DNA of 64,000 nucleotides from Octopus sinensis (Eukaryota): NCBI RefSeq assembly GCF_006345805.1, contig NC_043015.1, positions 13,206,001 to 13,270,000 of the forward strand, read 5' to 3'. Shown piece by piece: positions 41,320 to 53,755 of this stretch (position 1 is its first letter; each line of letters starts with the position of its first letter). The notes under the pieces were generated by a model. It saw only the letters and a program-made list of their open reading frames with translations, ran no database searches and was not told where the DNA came from. The position numbers and the translations under genes were made by a program.

Positions 41320-43985
41320 CTAAAATAAATAAATATACATATATGATGGAGTGATAATTAAAGAACAAAAGTAAGAAAGTAACATCAATATATAGAAAAA
41401 TAGAAAAATCAGATAGAAATATTTTGCAAATGCACAAGATCACATAGTTATAAGGTGATTAAGGCAATGTGTATTTCATTTTATATTTTAGAGTTTTAGT
41501 AAAGTAAGTGAAAAAAATTACTTTAACGAGGAATAAAAAAAAACAACAACAATGGAGTCGATGCCAGATTACTTAATTCACATTGTTTATGTACCCGAGA
41601 AATCATGAATAAATTAAATTAAATCAAGAGTGTGTGACCAATTTCTTGAATTTCCCTATCAGAAATAGTTAAATAGTAATTAACTTTATTGATTTCAGGA
41701 TCAGGTAAAAGAGTTCGAATCTGTTCAAGAGAAATTCGAAATGCAAGTGAAATACCTATGGCCAAAAATATTAAATCATTTGAAGAGTCAGCTGGTCGAG
41801 GGATTATCTTCTGCTCGAGAATTTTCCACAGATTTGGGCGAAAGAAAAAATTCGTTCACATTTTATCACAGTAACCGATCTGCTTGGCGTGTATGGATCT
41901 ATTGATATTTTAATAATTTATCGCTGAACAAATGAAGTAAATCGTTTCTTCGATTACATAGTTCTCTCCGCATATTAGAATAAAAATTTAGGCATATGCT
42001 TTAAAGGATGGTTATTAACATTAAGCCGAATTAATTTTGACCGACATATATCGGTTATTTCTGTTCCAACAACAACCTTGTAATGTGCCTGCTTTTAACG
42101 GTTTTGTTCACTTTCCTGTCAATAAGTATTGTGTCTATATTGCCTCCGGGCAAAGGTTCAACATTTTACATCCCATCACTTGAATTGTGTCACTGGAAAA
42201 CCATTCAACTTTCAATGACCCAAACAGCTTAGGTGCTGCACACAGTTTCTGCTCATTGCTGTTAGCAAAGAAATCACAATATAACTGACGATTATTTCAT
42301 CCGCTTGTTCTGTTAATTCCAAATCCACATAGCTTTGAGAGGAAGGATTAATTTTACAGTGTGTAGCGGAAAGATTTAATTTGTTAATTTTATAGATTGA
42401 CTGAAAAAGCTGCCGAAATGCTGTATTCATTACACTTACAAAAATTCTGAATTTTTTTGTTTCATTCCAATAAGAAACAAAGAAGCGGGATTTGAAATCG
42501 AATCGTCCAGATACCGGAAGAAATGCCGCTAAGCATTTCGTCCGATGCACTCGCCACCATGAATGAATACATAAATAAATTTCTACTATAGGCACAATGC
42601 CTGAAACTTCGAGGGTCAGGGCTAGTCGAGTAACGGTGAAAGGCAAAGTCGATCTTGGCGGAACTCAGAACATAAAGAACTGGAATGACTACATAAACAA
42701 TAATCCTTTCTACTATAGGCACAAAACCTGAAATTTTGGGGAGGAGGGCTTATCGATTACAGAGACCCCAGTACTCAGCTGGTACTTTTTAGTCGACCCC
42801 GAGAGAATGAAAGGTAAAGTCGATCTGGGAGGAATTTGAACTTAGGACATAAGGGCGGACGAAATTTCGCTAAGCATTTTGTTCGGCGCGATAACGATTC
42901 AACCAGCTCGCCACCTTGACTACATAAATAATAATGATTTCAAATGTTGGTATAAAGCCAACAATTTCGGGGAAGGGTGTAAGTCGATTACATAGACCCC
43001 CCCCCGTGCTCAATTGATACTTATTTTATCAACCCCGAAAGGATGAAAAGTAATGTCGGCATCGGAGGAATTTGAACTCAGAACGTAAAGACAGACGAAA
43101 TGCCGATAAGCATTTTGTCCAGCATGCTAACGATTCTACTAGCTCGCTACCTTGAGTACATAAATAGTAACGATCATAGGTATAACAATAATAAATATTT
43201 GCATGGTTGTTGCAAGGAGGAAATAAAAAAGTTATGAATTTTATAGTGTATCCAAAAACATAAGATTAGTAGCTAAAGAAGCTTCTATTTGGAATAGAAA
43301 CTCTGCCATGGATTTAATTTTCCGAGAATTGACTACCAAATCAGCGTTTATGGAATGATTTTGTTTTTCTTGGTCTTATGATCTGGATTTACAGAAAAGT
43401 AAGAAATTAGTTCTAATGTTTATGACTGTGTTAAGTCAATGGCGATGCTAACTAAGAACCATACAAGCGGGATGGACCTGGTTTACTAGATAATTATTGT
43501 CACAGTAGACTCGCCATATAATGACTTCTTTTGAATCAGTTCAAGGTTCATATTCACAAAGAAGACGGCGGTGGGTGATTTAATCGTTTGCAACATCTTC
43601 CTGTTGCTATTTTATCGACCCTGGATAAATAAAAAGTGAAGCCCTTCAATGGTCTTTGAATAAACTCCAAATATAGAAGCGAAACTATATATATATTTCA
43701 AATACTGTCACACCTCATCTTATGTCGTTTCGAGATTTGTCTTTTTCGACTTTACGTCTTTTGTTTTTTGGGTATTAAAAGTGATTATCTTATAAAAATG
43801 CAGTATTGCTGGTAACTTATTTTATTGATTACAAAGAGGTGAAAGACAAATCGACCACGATGATATTGAGATCTGTGATGTTGCGAGACGAAATTTAATA
43901 CTGCTAGATATTTTAACTAATCTATTATTGTTTTTGTTAGCTCCCCGACTTTCTATAGACAATGAAGATTCTTCAGAGAACTTAC

Positions 43986-44127
43986 CATCAGCTAATTTTT
44001 TCAAATCTTCGATACTGATGTAATGTTTCACGGTATTACCTTTGGTGTCATCTAGGTAGGAAGGTGCAGCCAGAACGAAGCCCATGGTGGAGCATGTAAC
44101 GAGGAGGATGAGAACAAGGCGAGACAT
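43986..44127 (-). CDS. coding exon 2 of a secreted prepropeptide gene (signal peptide and pro-region)
   Basis: Acceptor TTCTTTCTTTGCAG| (exon starts 44136); ATG in ACTATG context; MSRLVLILLVTCSTMGFVLA|APSY signal peptide; donor GATG|GTAAGT at 43986/43985. Confidence 0.8.
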
Positions 44128-44704
44128 AGTTGAAATCTGCAAAGAAAGAAACGAATGAATAATAATACCTTGCTTTTCATTTAATACAATATTGCAAAGT
44201 TGGATTATCTTATGTTCATGCTTCCCAAAGCATTAGCAGCGAAAGTAAATTGAAATGGTTTCAAACTGAAGCTCGAAACTCCAATCGAAATTACAACTTC
44301 CGACAAAAGTAATTTCAAAATTACGTAATAAACGAAAGCAGATTGAAATAATTCTCTTGTGAGGTTCGATACCATCTTGAGACGCTTTTACGCGATCACC
44401 TTAATATTGGTTTCAAATTTTGACACAAGGCCAGAAATTTTAGGGGTGGGGTAAATCGATTACATCGACCCCCAGTGTTCGACTGGTATTTTTTTATCGA
44501 CCCCGAAAGAATAAAAAACAAAGTTGACCACTTCGGAATTTGAACTCAGAACCTAAAGTCGGCTGAACTGCCGCTAAACATTTCGCTCGGCGTGCTAACG
44601 ACTCTGCTACTCCGCCACCTTAAGCTTTCTTAACATTGTGTTTCGTATATAAACATGAAAGCAGTGACATTGCCGTGTGAACAGCGATCTTATACTTGCC
44701 CAAG

Positions 44705-44735
<31 letters not shown>

Positions 44736-45957
44736 ACTCACAAATAAAGTCAAGCGCTTTCCTTGTGAGTTTTATGGTAGGTAGTTCTACAAATTCCTCA
44801 TTTAGAGTTTTTACATGTACCTAATGTGTACAGGGTAGGAAGTGAGATTACATGATATTCATATATTTCTCCTGGACATTCTCCAAGATCTTGGTGAGGC
44901 TTAATCAGAGCAGGGAAGGTAGGAGAGGAAAGTAATTCGACATTCATCGAACCCATTACTTGCTTGGTACTTATTTCATCGACCTCGAAAAGATGAAAGG
45001 CAAAGTCGACCTTAGAAAATAACCACGAACAGGGCCAGCAATTTTAGGGGAGGGGTAAATCGGTTACATCGACCATAGCAATCAACTGATGCTTATGTTA
45101 TCGGCCACGAAGAGATGAAAGGCAGAGTGGACCTCGGCGGAATTTGAACTCAGAACATGAAGGCAGACGAAATCCCACCAAGCATTTTGCTTTGCATGCT
45201 AATGATTCTGCCAGCTCACCGCCTTCGCGAACAGAAATAATAGTTATAAAGTTTACAATTTCCGGCCACTGTTTACTCTGCATCATGAAACAGTCTTTAG
45301 TAAAAGCCGATCCTCTTGCTTCTTAACTATATTTTATAACAGAATCATAATGAGCCTGCTTCAGTAGAATGGCAATAATGTTTTTACAACTATTAAACAA
45401 TATAAAGTGGCTCAAATATTTATGAATTCTGTAAGTGTTCAAACTGGAATAATAAAGATTTCCAGAAGTCAGACTTAAGATGATTGTGCACATCAGCGAC
45501 TGAGCAAATAATGGATCATTTTTATTGAGTCAATGATATTTTCTTTTAACTTCCGTAACTCTTAATCGATTGCTAAATCGTTATCGAAAACGTCCACATT
45601 ATGTGGCACGACAAGAACAAGGTAAAAGGCAAGCCAGCTGAGCCGATCTTTCATGATAATTATATTTTTCTATTATACTTTTGGCATCTATTTAAGAAAG
45701 TAAAATGGTGGAAACAATCCAGGTAGTTACAGGTTAAACAAGTTTGGATGCTGCCAGGATGCAAGTCTAACATTTCCAGGCCTGCGTGCGCGCTGCTGAG
45801 GAGAATATTGAAGGAGGAAGACAGTTGAGCTATTAAGTACTAAAGATGATAATCATTCAATGTAAAGAGAATAAAAAGAATATATATGACTTTTCCAGGC
45901 GGTGCTATTCAGTTGGTCATGGCCTGGGCCGATAATGGCCAAAACCAATCTAAGTTT

Positions 45958-45988
<31 letters not shown>

Positions 45989-47240
45989 TATATATATGGT
46001 GGAAGAAGAAATAAAAATTCTATAGAACAGTATTATATATTTGCAAAATGAATAGAAATGGCATTTCTGAGAATGTTTCCATAATTATTAAAGTGGAAAA
46101 ATTATCAGAAAAGCCGTTTCTATTCATTTCTTCCATATATATGTATATGATAGATCGCTAGACACTAAACCTTTTTCTATTTCTCTCCCTATTTCTGTGT
46201 TCCTATCAATCGAAGAGCGTAGGCTCGAAACGTAAAATACTTTCTTGTTTCCCGAGCGTTAAACCAATACATATGTTTGTTGTTTACACACCAGTCTTCG
46301 TCTTTAGGTTTTTGTAAATTCTCACTATATATATATATATATTTACGTATATTTACATATATATATTTATATATGATTATATATATTTACATATATTTAT
46401 ATATATATATTTACATATATATATATTTACATATATTTATATATATATTTCTATATATTTACATATATTATATATATATATTACATATATTTATATATAT
46501 ATATTTATATATGATTATATATATTTACATATATTTATATATATATATTTACATATATATATATTACATATATTTATATATATATTTCTATATATTTACA
46601 TATATATATATATATTTATACATATTTACATATATTTATATATATATTTACATATATTTACATATATATATTTACACATATATATATTTATATTTATATA
46701 TACTTATATATATATATTTATATATATACTTATATATATATATATTGATATATGTATATTTACACACACACACACACACACATACATATATATATATGTA
46801 TATATGCACACACATACATAAATGCATGCACGCACACATACATGCATGCTCACACGCATACATGCATACTCGCACATACACACACAGGTGTATAGACTTT
46901 TATGCTGAATGGGAAAACAATCAAGATTTGTTTAAAACCTGTCGAAAATGAAGATCAAAATATAATGATATTATGATTACCGAAAAAATATGAATACATT
47001 AAAAGAAATGCGAGGCTGAGAAAAAGATTGGGTAAAATGATATGAGTACGTAAGTGTGAGAGGATAGAAGTGAAATTGTGTGAAATTATGTGTGTGTATG
47101 TAAGTGTGTAAGAGGATAAAGAAGTGTAGCAATTAAATAGTCAGAGATTGACATGGAGTAAGTAAGTAGTTAAAAGTGTAGGGTTTAAATCGGAAGAAAG
47201 TTTGATGTAGAAACGAAGTTAAGGAGTGTGTGATATATAC

Positions 47241-47274
<34 letters not shown>

Positions 47275-47379
47275 GCTGGTAGACAGGGAGGTAGATTGTG
47301 AGGTAGCAAGGTAGCTTCATTGGCAGGTAAACAACTAGTTAGCTAGCTAGATAGGAAGAGTGATTAATTGTTCAATAGT

Positions 47380-47433
<54 letters not shown>

Positions 47434-48385
47434 TGTGTAAAGTGACAAAGACGATGTAAGTTAAAGAGTTATAAATAATAGTTTCTATTATAGGAACAAG
47501 GCCTGGAATTTGGGATAAGGGTATAGTCGATTACATCGACTCAATAGTCAACTGGTACTTATTTTATCGGCATCGAAAGGATGAAAGACTAAGTTGAACT
47601 CGGCAGATTCTGAACTCAGAACGTAGACGGAGGAAATGCTGCTAAGCATTTTGCCCGGCGTGCTAACGATTCTTATTTCTTTATTGCCCACAAGGGGCTA
47701 AACACAGAGGGGACAAACAAGGACAGACAAAGGTATTAAGTCGATTACATCGACTCCAGTGTGTCTAGTACTTAATTTATCGACCCTGGAAGGATGAAAG
47801 GTAAAGTCGACCCCGGCGGAATTTGAACTCAGAACGTAACGATAGACGAAATACTGCTAAGCATTTCGCCCGGTGTGCTAACGATTCTGATTTCTTCATT
47901 GCCCACAAGGGGCTAAACATAGAGGGGACAAACGGATTAAGTCGATTACATCGACTCCAGTGCGTAACTAGTGCTTAATTTATCGACCCCGGAAGGATGA
48001 AAGGCAAAGTCGACCTCAGCGGAATTTGAACTCAGCGGAATTTGAACTCAGAACGTAGCGGCAGACGCAATACCGTTAAGCATTTCGCCCGGCGTGCTAA
48101 TGTTTCTGCTAGCTTGCCGCCTCAATAATTAAAGATTTGCTGGAAGAGAGTTAATATATGGAATTACAAAGCCGATGAGAAATACCTGCGTGTGAATGTG
48201 TATGGAGATGGAGAAATGGAGAAAAATTCGTGAGAGCGAAAAAGACAATGGCAAAAATAAAAGAAAGAGAAAACTTGAATGTAAAGTTAGTGTTTAACTC
48301 GAGAGGATATTTCAGCTTTCAAAAGTCAAATGAAGTAAAAGTGTTCTCGAAAAGTGCGGCTAAACGATGTCAAAGCAATACTTAC

Positions 48386-48488
48386 TTTTGGTGTGATCAC
48401 ACTTGATGTGGTTTGAAGAGGTTTTTTGTTGTTATCTCCCACGAGGTCTGTAGGTAGAGAGGATTACTTTGGCAATCAGCTGACGAAT
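48386..48488 (-). other. non-coding exon 1 (5'UTR) of the prepropeptide gene
   Basis: Starts at Inr TCATTC (A at 48488), contains no ATG, ends CCAAAA|GTAAGT. Confidence 0.7.
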
Positions 48489-48520
48489 GACTTGAATCAC
48501 CCTGAGGTCGGCTTTTTATA
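48485..48520 (-). promoter_or_regulatory. TATA box plus initiator core promoter
   Basis: TATAAAAAG at 48520-48512 and Inr TCATTC with its A 32 nt downstream, which is near-canonical spacing. Confidence 0.7.
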
Positions 48521-48764
48521 AGAACAGGCCGCTAGTTGAAGGCAGTCTAAGGGCATGCTGGGTTTCAAGCGGGAAACACTGTGTGGGCTGGTTCAGATAG
48601 AAAGTGAAACAGAAAGGAAAGAGAGAGGGAGGGATGGGGGAGAAAAAGAAATAGTGGGAGTGTGAGAGAGTGGGAGAGAGCGGGAGGGAGAGTGGGAGGG
48701 AAAGAGGGAGAGAGAAATGAAGAGTAAAATAAAAACTACAAATAAGGAAATATCCAAAATTGCA

Positions 48765-49300
48765 GGTGGTGCCTGGTGGTGATGATGGCAGTGGTGATGT
48801 ATTGGCTATGGTATTGATGATGTTGGTGTTGGTTATGCTGGTGGTGATGGTGCAGGTTTAGGTGGTGACAGTGCTGGCTGTGGTGGTGGTAGTGGTGATG
48901 GTGGTGGTGCAGGCTGTGGTGATGGTGCAAGCTGCGGTGGTGGTGATGGTGGTGACGGTGGATATGACTGTATGGGTGGTTGCAACAATAGTGGTGCTGG
49001 CGTTGTTGATTGTGATGAAAATGATGGTTTTATGAAGGCGGTATTAGTGGTATCAATTTCAGTGTTGGTAGTGGTAGTCGTGGTGATGGTGTTGTTGGTC
49101 CTTGTGATGGTGGTGCAGTAGTTGGTATTGTCGGTGGCGGTGGTATGGACATTGTTGTTGCTGTTATTGTTGGTATTACTAGAGTTATTGCTGTTGTTGA
49201 TCTTGATGTTGGTGGTGGTGATAGCATTTTTGTTGGTAGCATTAGTATTATTGTTATTGATGCTGATGGCGTTGGTGATGGTGTTGGTGATGTTGGCGGT
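48765..49300. repeat. degenerate (TGG/TGA/TTG)n trinucleotide tract
   Basis: ggtggtgatg repeats; source of poly-His/Pro/Thr/Val pseudo-ORFs. Confidence 0.85.
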
Positions 49301-49715
49301 GAAGGGAGAGAACGAGGAATGACAATAAAATGGTGTCATGTTTTTTTTTTTTATTTATTTGTTTGTTTGGTTAGTCAAAATGGTGGCAAGTTTTATCAGA
49401 AACCTTTGATGGACAGAATTCTGTGTGTCACGCCATATGGGAGGGACTCACCATATTTGGTAGGTACCAGCTGGATTGGTGCATTATGGTCAAAAGTGGG
49501 TGTTTTTCTTGCAATGTGCCTCCGATCACGTAAGCAGCTTAGAGGAGGAGAAGGAGGAGGAGAAGCGAAGACTTGATGGGGCGAATAAACTAAATCTGAA
49601 TGTGTAAGGAAAGTGTGGAGACAGAAAACCCCTCGACAAACCCTATACTCTCTCTTTCTCTAATATATATATATATACACATACATATATGCATACATAC
49701 ATATATACATATATG

Positions 49716-49795
<80 letters not shown>

Positions 49796-49808
49796 CATAT
49801 ATGCATAA

Positions 49809-49839
<31 letters not shown>

Positions 49840-49916
49840 ATGTTAATCTCGTTTGCTTGCTCACTTTTGTGTCATACAAATTTTCCCTTTTTTTTTCTCC
49901 TGCACACACACACACA

Positions 49917-49957
<41 letters not shown>

Positions 49958-50454
49958 ACACACACACAAATGCATGTATAAATACTCTTCGCGCGCGCGC
50001 AGACCCGAGTATGCATGTACAGGCAAGGACGTTTATCTTTCACTTGTTTCAGTCATTTGATTGCGGCCATTCTAGAGTACCGCCTTGAGGAATTTTTAGT
50101 TCAATGAATCGACCCCAGTACTTATGTTTGAAGCTTGGTACTGATTCTATTGGTGTCTTTCGGCCCAACCGCTAAGTTACGAGGACGTAAACACACCAAC
50201 ACTGGTTGTCAAGCGGTGGTCGGGAACAAATACGGACACGAAGACACACACACATCCACACCCATATATATATATATATATATATAACGGGCTTCTTTCA
50301 GCTTCGTCTACCAAATCCACTGACAGGGCTTTGGTCGGCCCGAGGTTATAGTAGAAGACACTTCCCCAAATTACCATGCAGTGGGACTGAACCTGGAACC
50401 ATGTGGTTAGGAAGCAAGCTTCTTACTATATAGCCACGTCTGCACTTATATATA

Positions 50455-50837
50455 TCTCTCTATATATAAACGGCAGTTTGTCTGTGCGTGTTTCTGTGTG
50501 TCTGTTTGGTTGTACCCTCACCCTGACCACGGCTTTCAACCGATTCTGATGAAACTTGACACACACATAGCCCAATGTCATAATTCAAAACTAACGCAGC
50601 GAAAATTCTTAAAAGTTCCCCCAGTTCTGAAAAAAATCGATAAATTCGACATGGGGTCGAGAATCAGAAACACAAACCACAGACTGTCTAGGGGACGCAA
50701 CTCGACCTTTTTAACTCTCAAAAAAATTTACCATCATTTTTTTTCCATTTTTTTGCTATTTTTTGGCTATAACTCTCTAAAAATGCTTTATAGTTATTTC
50801 CCTTACAAACCTGAGCAACGCCGGGCGATACTGCTAG
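50455..50837 (+). mobile_element. non-autonomous Helitron
   Basis: 5' A|TCTCTCTATATATAAA; 3' subterminal hairpin CCTGAGCAACGCCGGG followed by CTAG|T; no TSD. Confidence 0.75.
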
Positions 50838-52342
50838 TATATATATAAATATGTTTGCTTGTTACTCCAAGAAGCGGCGTTCATTACCAGAATTTTCGAC
50901 TCGATTCAAATAAAGCAAACTACTCCAAGTCGTTGTTAGAGTATCTGCAAAAGTGAGGTCTGGACCTGCTGGCTTTTACAGGGATCGAGTCGTATCAGTT
51001 GTAATAATGAAGTCAAACCGAACAGTGATATTTTGAAATTATTTAATAAATACGTTTCAAGCCTGTGTATGTATTCTCATGTGTATAACAGGAAATAAGG
51101 TGGCAAGCTGGAAGAAACATTAGCAAGACTGGTGAAATGCTTAGCAGTATTTCATCTGTCGACTTTGCCTTTCATCCTTTCGGGGTCGATAAATTAAGTA
51201 CCAGCTGCATTCTGGGGTCGATCTAATCGACTGGCTTCCTCCCCCAAAATTCCGGGCCCTGTGCCTAGAGTAGAAAAGATTACGTTCTGAGTTCAAATTC
51301 CGCCGAGATCGACTTTGCCTTTCATCCTTTCGGAGTCGATAGATTAAGTACTAGTTGCGTACTGGGGTCGATCTAATCGACTGGCCTCTTCTCTCCAAAT
51401 TTCGGGCCTTATGCCTAGAGTAGAAAAGAATATATAACAAGAAATGCATCCATTACATAAGACCTGAAACATACGCATAAAATGATTTCAAAATATTACT
51501 ATTTGTCTTGAGTTCACTATTACAACTTGTATGTATGTCATTATTCAGTTTTATTTCAAGATTTCTTGCCAATAGTGAAATAGCTGATTTCCAACCTAGA
51601 TCCAACCTAGATCGGGATTTCAATAACATTAACATGGTGTTTTTTATGTGTGTATGGATGTATATGTGCAGATGTGTATGCTTTGTTTTATGTATGTATT
51701 CTCATGTGTATAGTTGCATGTTTAGAGATGCTCATATATATTTAAATGATAAACGTCTGGAAAGTTTTGCAGATTTTCAGTTTCAGTGATGGCTTGGATC
51801 TGTAGTCTTCAAATCGGCTTTCTCCTTTTTGGTTTTGAGAAGCCTAATTTCCCAAGATTATATTTAGATAGTGCATGTTACATATCCCAGTGCCCGAACA
51901 GGTATAAACCTGAACTTGTAATCTGGATATGTATGTATATATGTATGTATATATGTATGTATATGTACAAATTTTATATATTCATAAGAAAAAAAAGTGG
52001 TAGTCAGGATGTGGATAAAAACTATTTATTTGACGCTTTCGTCCCTGGGATTCATCATGAACGAAATCCTGAAAAACACGAAAGCACTAAACAAATAGTT
52101 TTTAACCAAATTTTGACTACTCCTTTTTCTTAATGCGCGCGCGCGCGCGCGCGCGCGTGTGTGTGTGTGTATGTGTATAGGCGCGGCTGTGTGGTAAGAA
52201 GTCTGCTTCCACACGGTTCCGGTTGCAGACTCAATGCGTGGCACAATGGGCAAGTATCTTATAATCGTCGACCATAGCCTTGTGAGTGGAATTGGTAGAC
52301 GGAGACTGAAAGAATCCCGTCGTATGTATATATAAATATATA

Positions 52343-53697
52343 CACCCAAAACCACGCTAATAGCTTTTGAATGAAAATTGCCTGTCTAGACATTGTTTTT
52401 TCCCCCAGAAAATGAAGGATAATGATACATATTAAGCATACATTGAGTAAATATTTAACAGAAAACCATAATAATATTATAACATTTATTGACATAAATT
52501 ATTTAACCACATGAACGCCAAGGAAGAAACGATCCGATTGTGGGGTCTCCGAGACTGTGACAGCTAGGGATTTAAGGAATATTGGCTGCAAGTTACGTAG
52601 GAAACCTGGACAAAAAAGTAAAGCCATTTTTACCGCCTCCGGACTTTCTCATGTACCGAAAACCACCAGAAAACGCATCCTCGGGACCCTGAAACTACCC
52701 CCTTTGATGCCTTGTCACAGGAGTTTGAGGCTTCAATGGGCCCAAAAGTACATGACGTTAGACATGAGTAGTGTTCTGTTCACTGACGAAACCAGAGCTA
52801 CCTTGACGAACCTGACGGTTGGGTAAATGGTTGGGTCCATTTTGGAGGTGAGCGTCAGCAACGTTTACGACGTCACCAACAGGGTGAAGAAGTCATGTTG
52901 TGGGCTGGTATCATTGGGGACACACTTGTTGGCCCAGTCAGGATGCCTGAAGAGGTTAAAGTGTCCATAACCGCCTACTGCAATCTTCTGAATGATGTCT
53001 TGGATCCCTGGTTAGATGACATACCGCCGTCACTTCTAAAGAATCTCGTATTCATGTATGACAATGCTCCCTCTCACTCTGCTAGGACCACTCAAACATT
53101 CCTAGGGTCTTACGGCATGCAAGGTAAAAGGTTGACGGTATGGCCGCCGGCATCTCCGGATCTCAACCCCATCGAAAATCTTTGGTCCATCATTAAACAA
53201 GATGGTTTTGCCGATGGATGCTAATTTCCGTCGAAAGGTGTCTTTTGGGTGACCATTAAAGCTGCAGCTGAGGTAGTCCAACCTGCTACTATTAAGAAAT
53301 TTATAGATTCCATGACTAATAGGGTTTTTGAAGTTATCCGTCGAAATGGCGTTAATGTGGCTAAATAATTCATTATTTCGATCTTTTTTTATAATACTAT
53401 TATGGTTTTCTGTTAAATATATACTCAATGTATGCCTAAAATGTATCATTATCCTTCATTTTCTGAAAAAAAAAAATGTCTAGATGGGCTATTTTCATTT
53501 TAAAGCTATTAGCGTGGTTCACCCCAAAACTGAAGAATCTGAAATAAAAAGGAAATAAAGTCAAACAGAATAATGTAAAATATAACAATGGTGTTGCCAT
53601 AATGTGCAAACCAGCTGAGAAAAGTTTTAACAAAATTGATTTACAGAAAACCGAGAAATCCTAAATTTCACTTCTAAGCAACTAGCGTGGTTCAGGG
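52343..53697 (+). mobile_element. Tc1-like (DD34E) transposon with long TIRs, inserted into the TA tract of a family A SINE
   Basis: About 130-bp inverted repeats (AACCACGCTAATAGC...CCATAATA at 52350-52480 and 53390-53520); VLFTDE, FMYDNAPSH, WPPASPDLNPIENLW. Confidence 0.88.
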
Positions 53698-53718
53698 TAT
53701 ATATATATATATATATAT

Positions 53719-53755
<37 letters not shown>

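Noticed and set aside
43822-43985. C-terminal part of the 106-aa ORF (KFSEESS...CNQ) as a single-exon protein
   Set aside because: A consensus GTAAGT donor and an in-phase downstream exon indicate this part is intron read-through
47480-48122. Regularly repeated units resembling a CRISPR array
   Set aside because: Tandem or nested SINE copies in eukaryotic DNA; no unique spacers or cas genes
48736-49576. Poly-His, Pro/Thr-rich and Leu/Val-rich ORFs
   Set aside because: All frames come from one low-complexity trinucleotide tract without splice or start support
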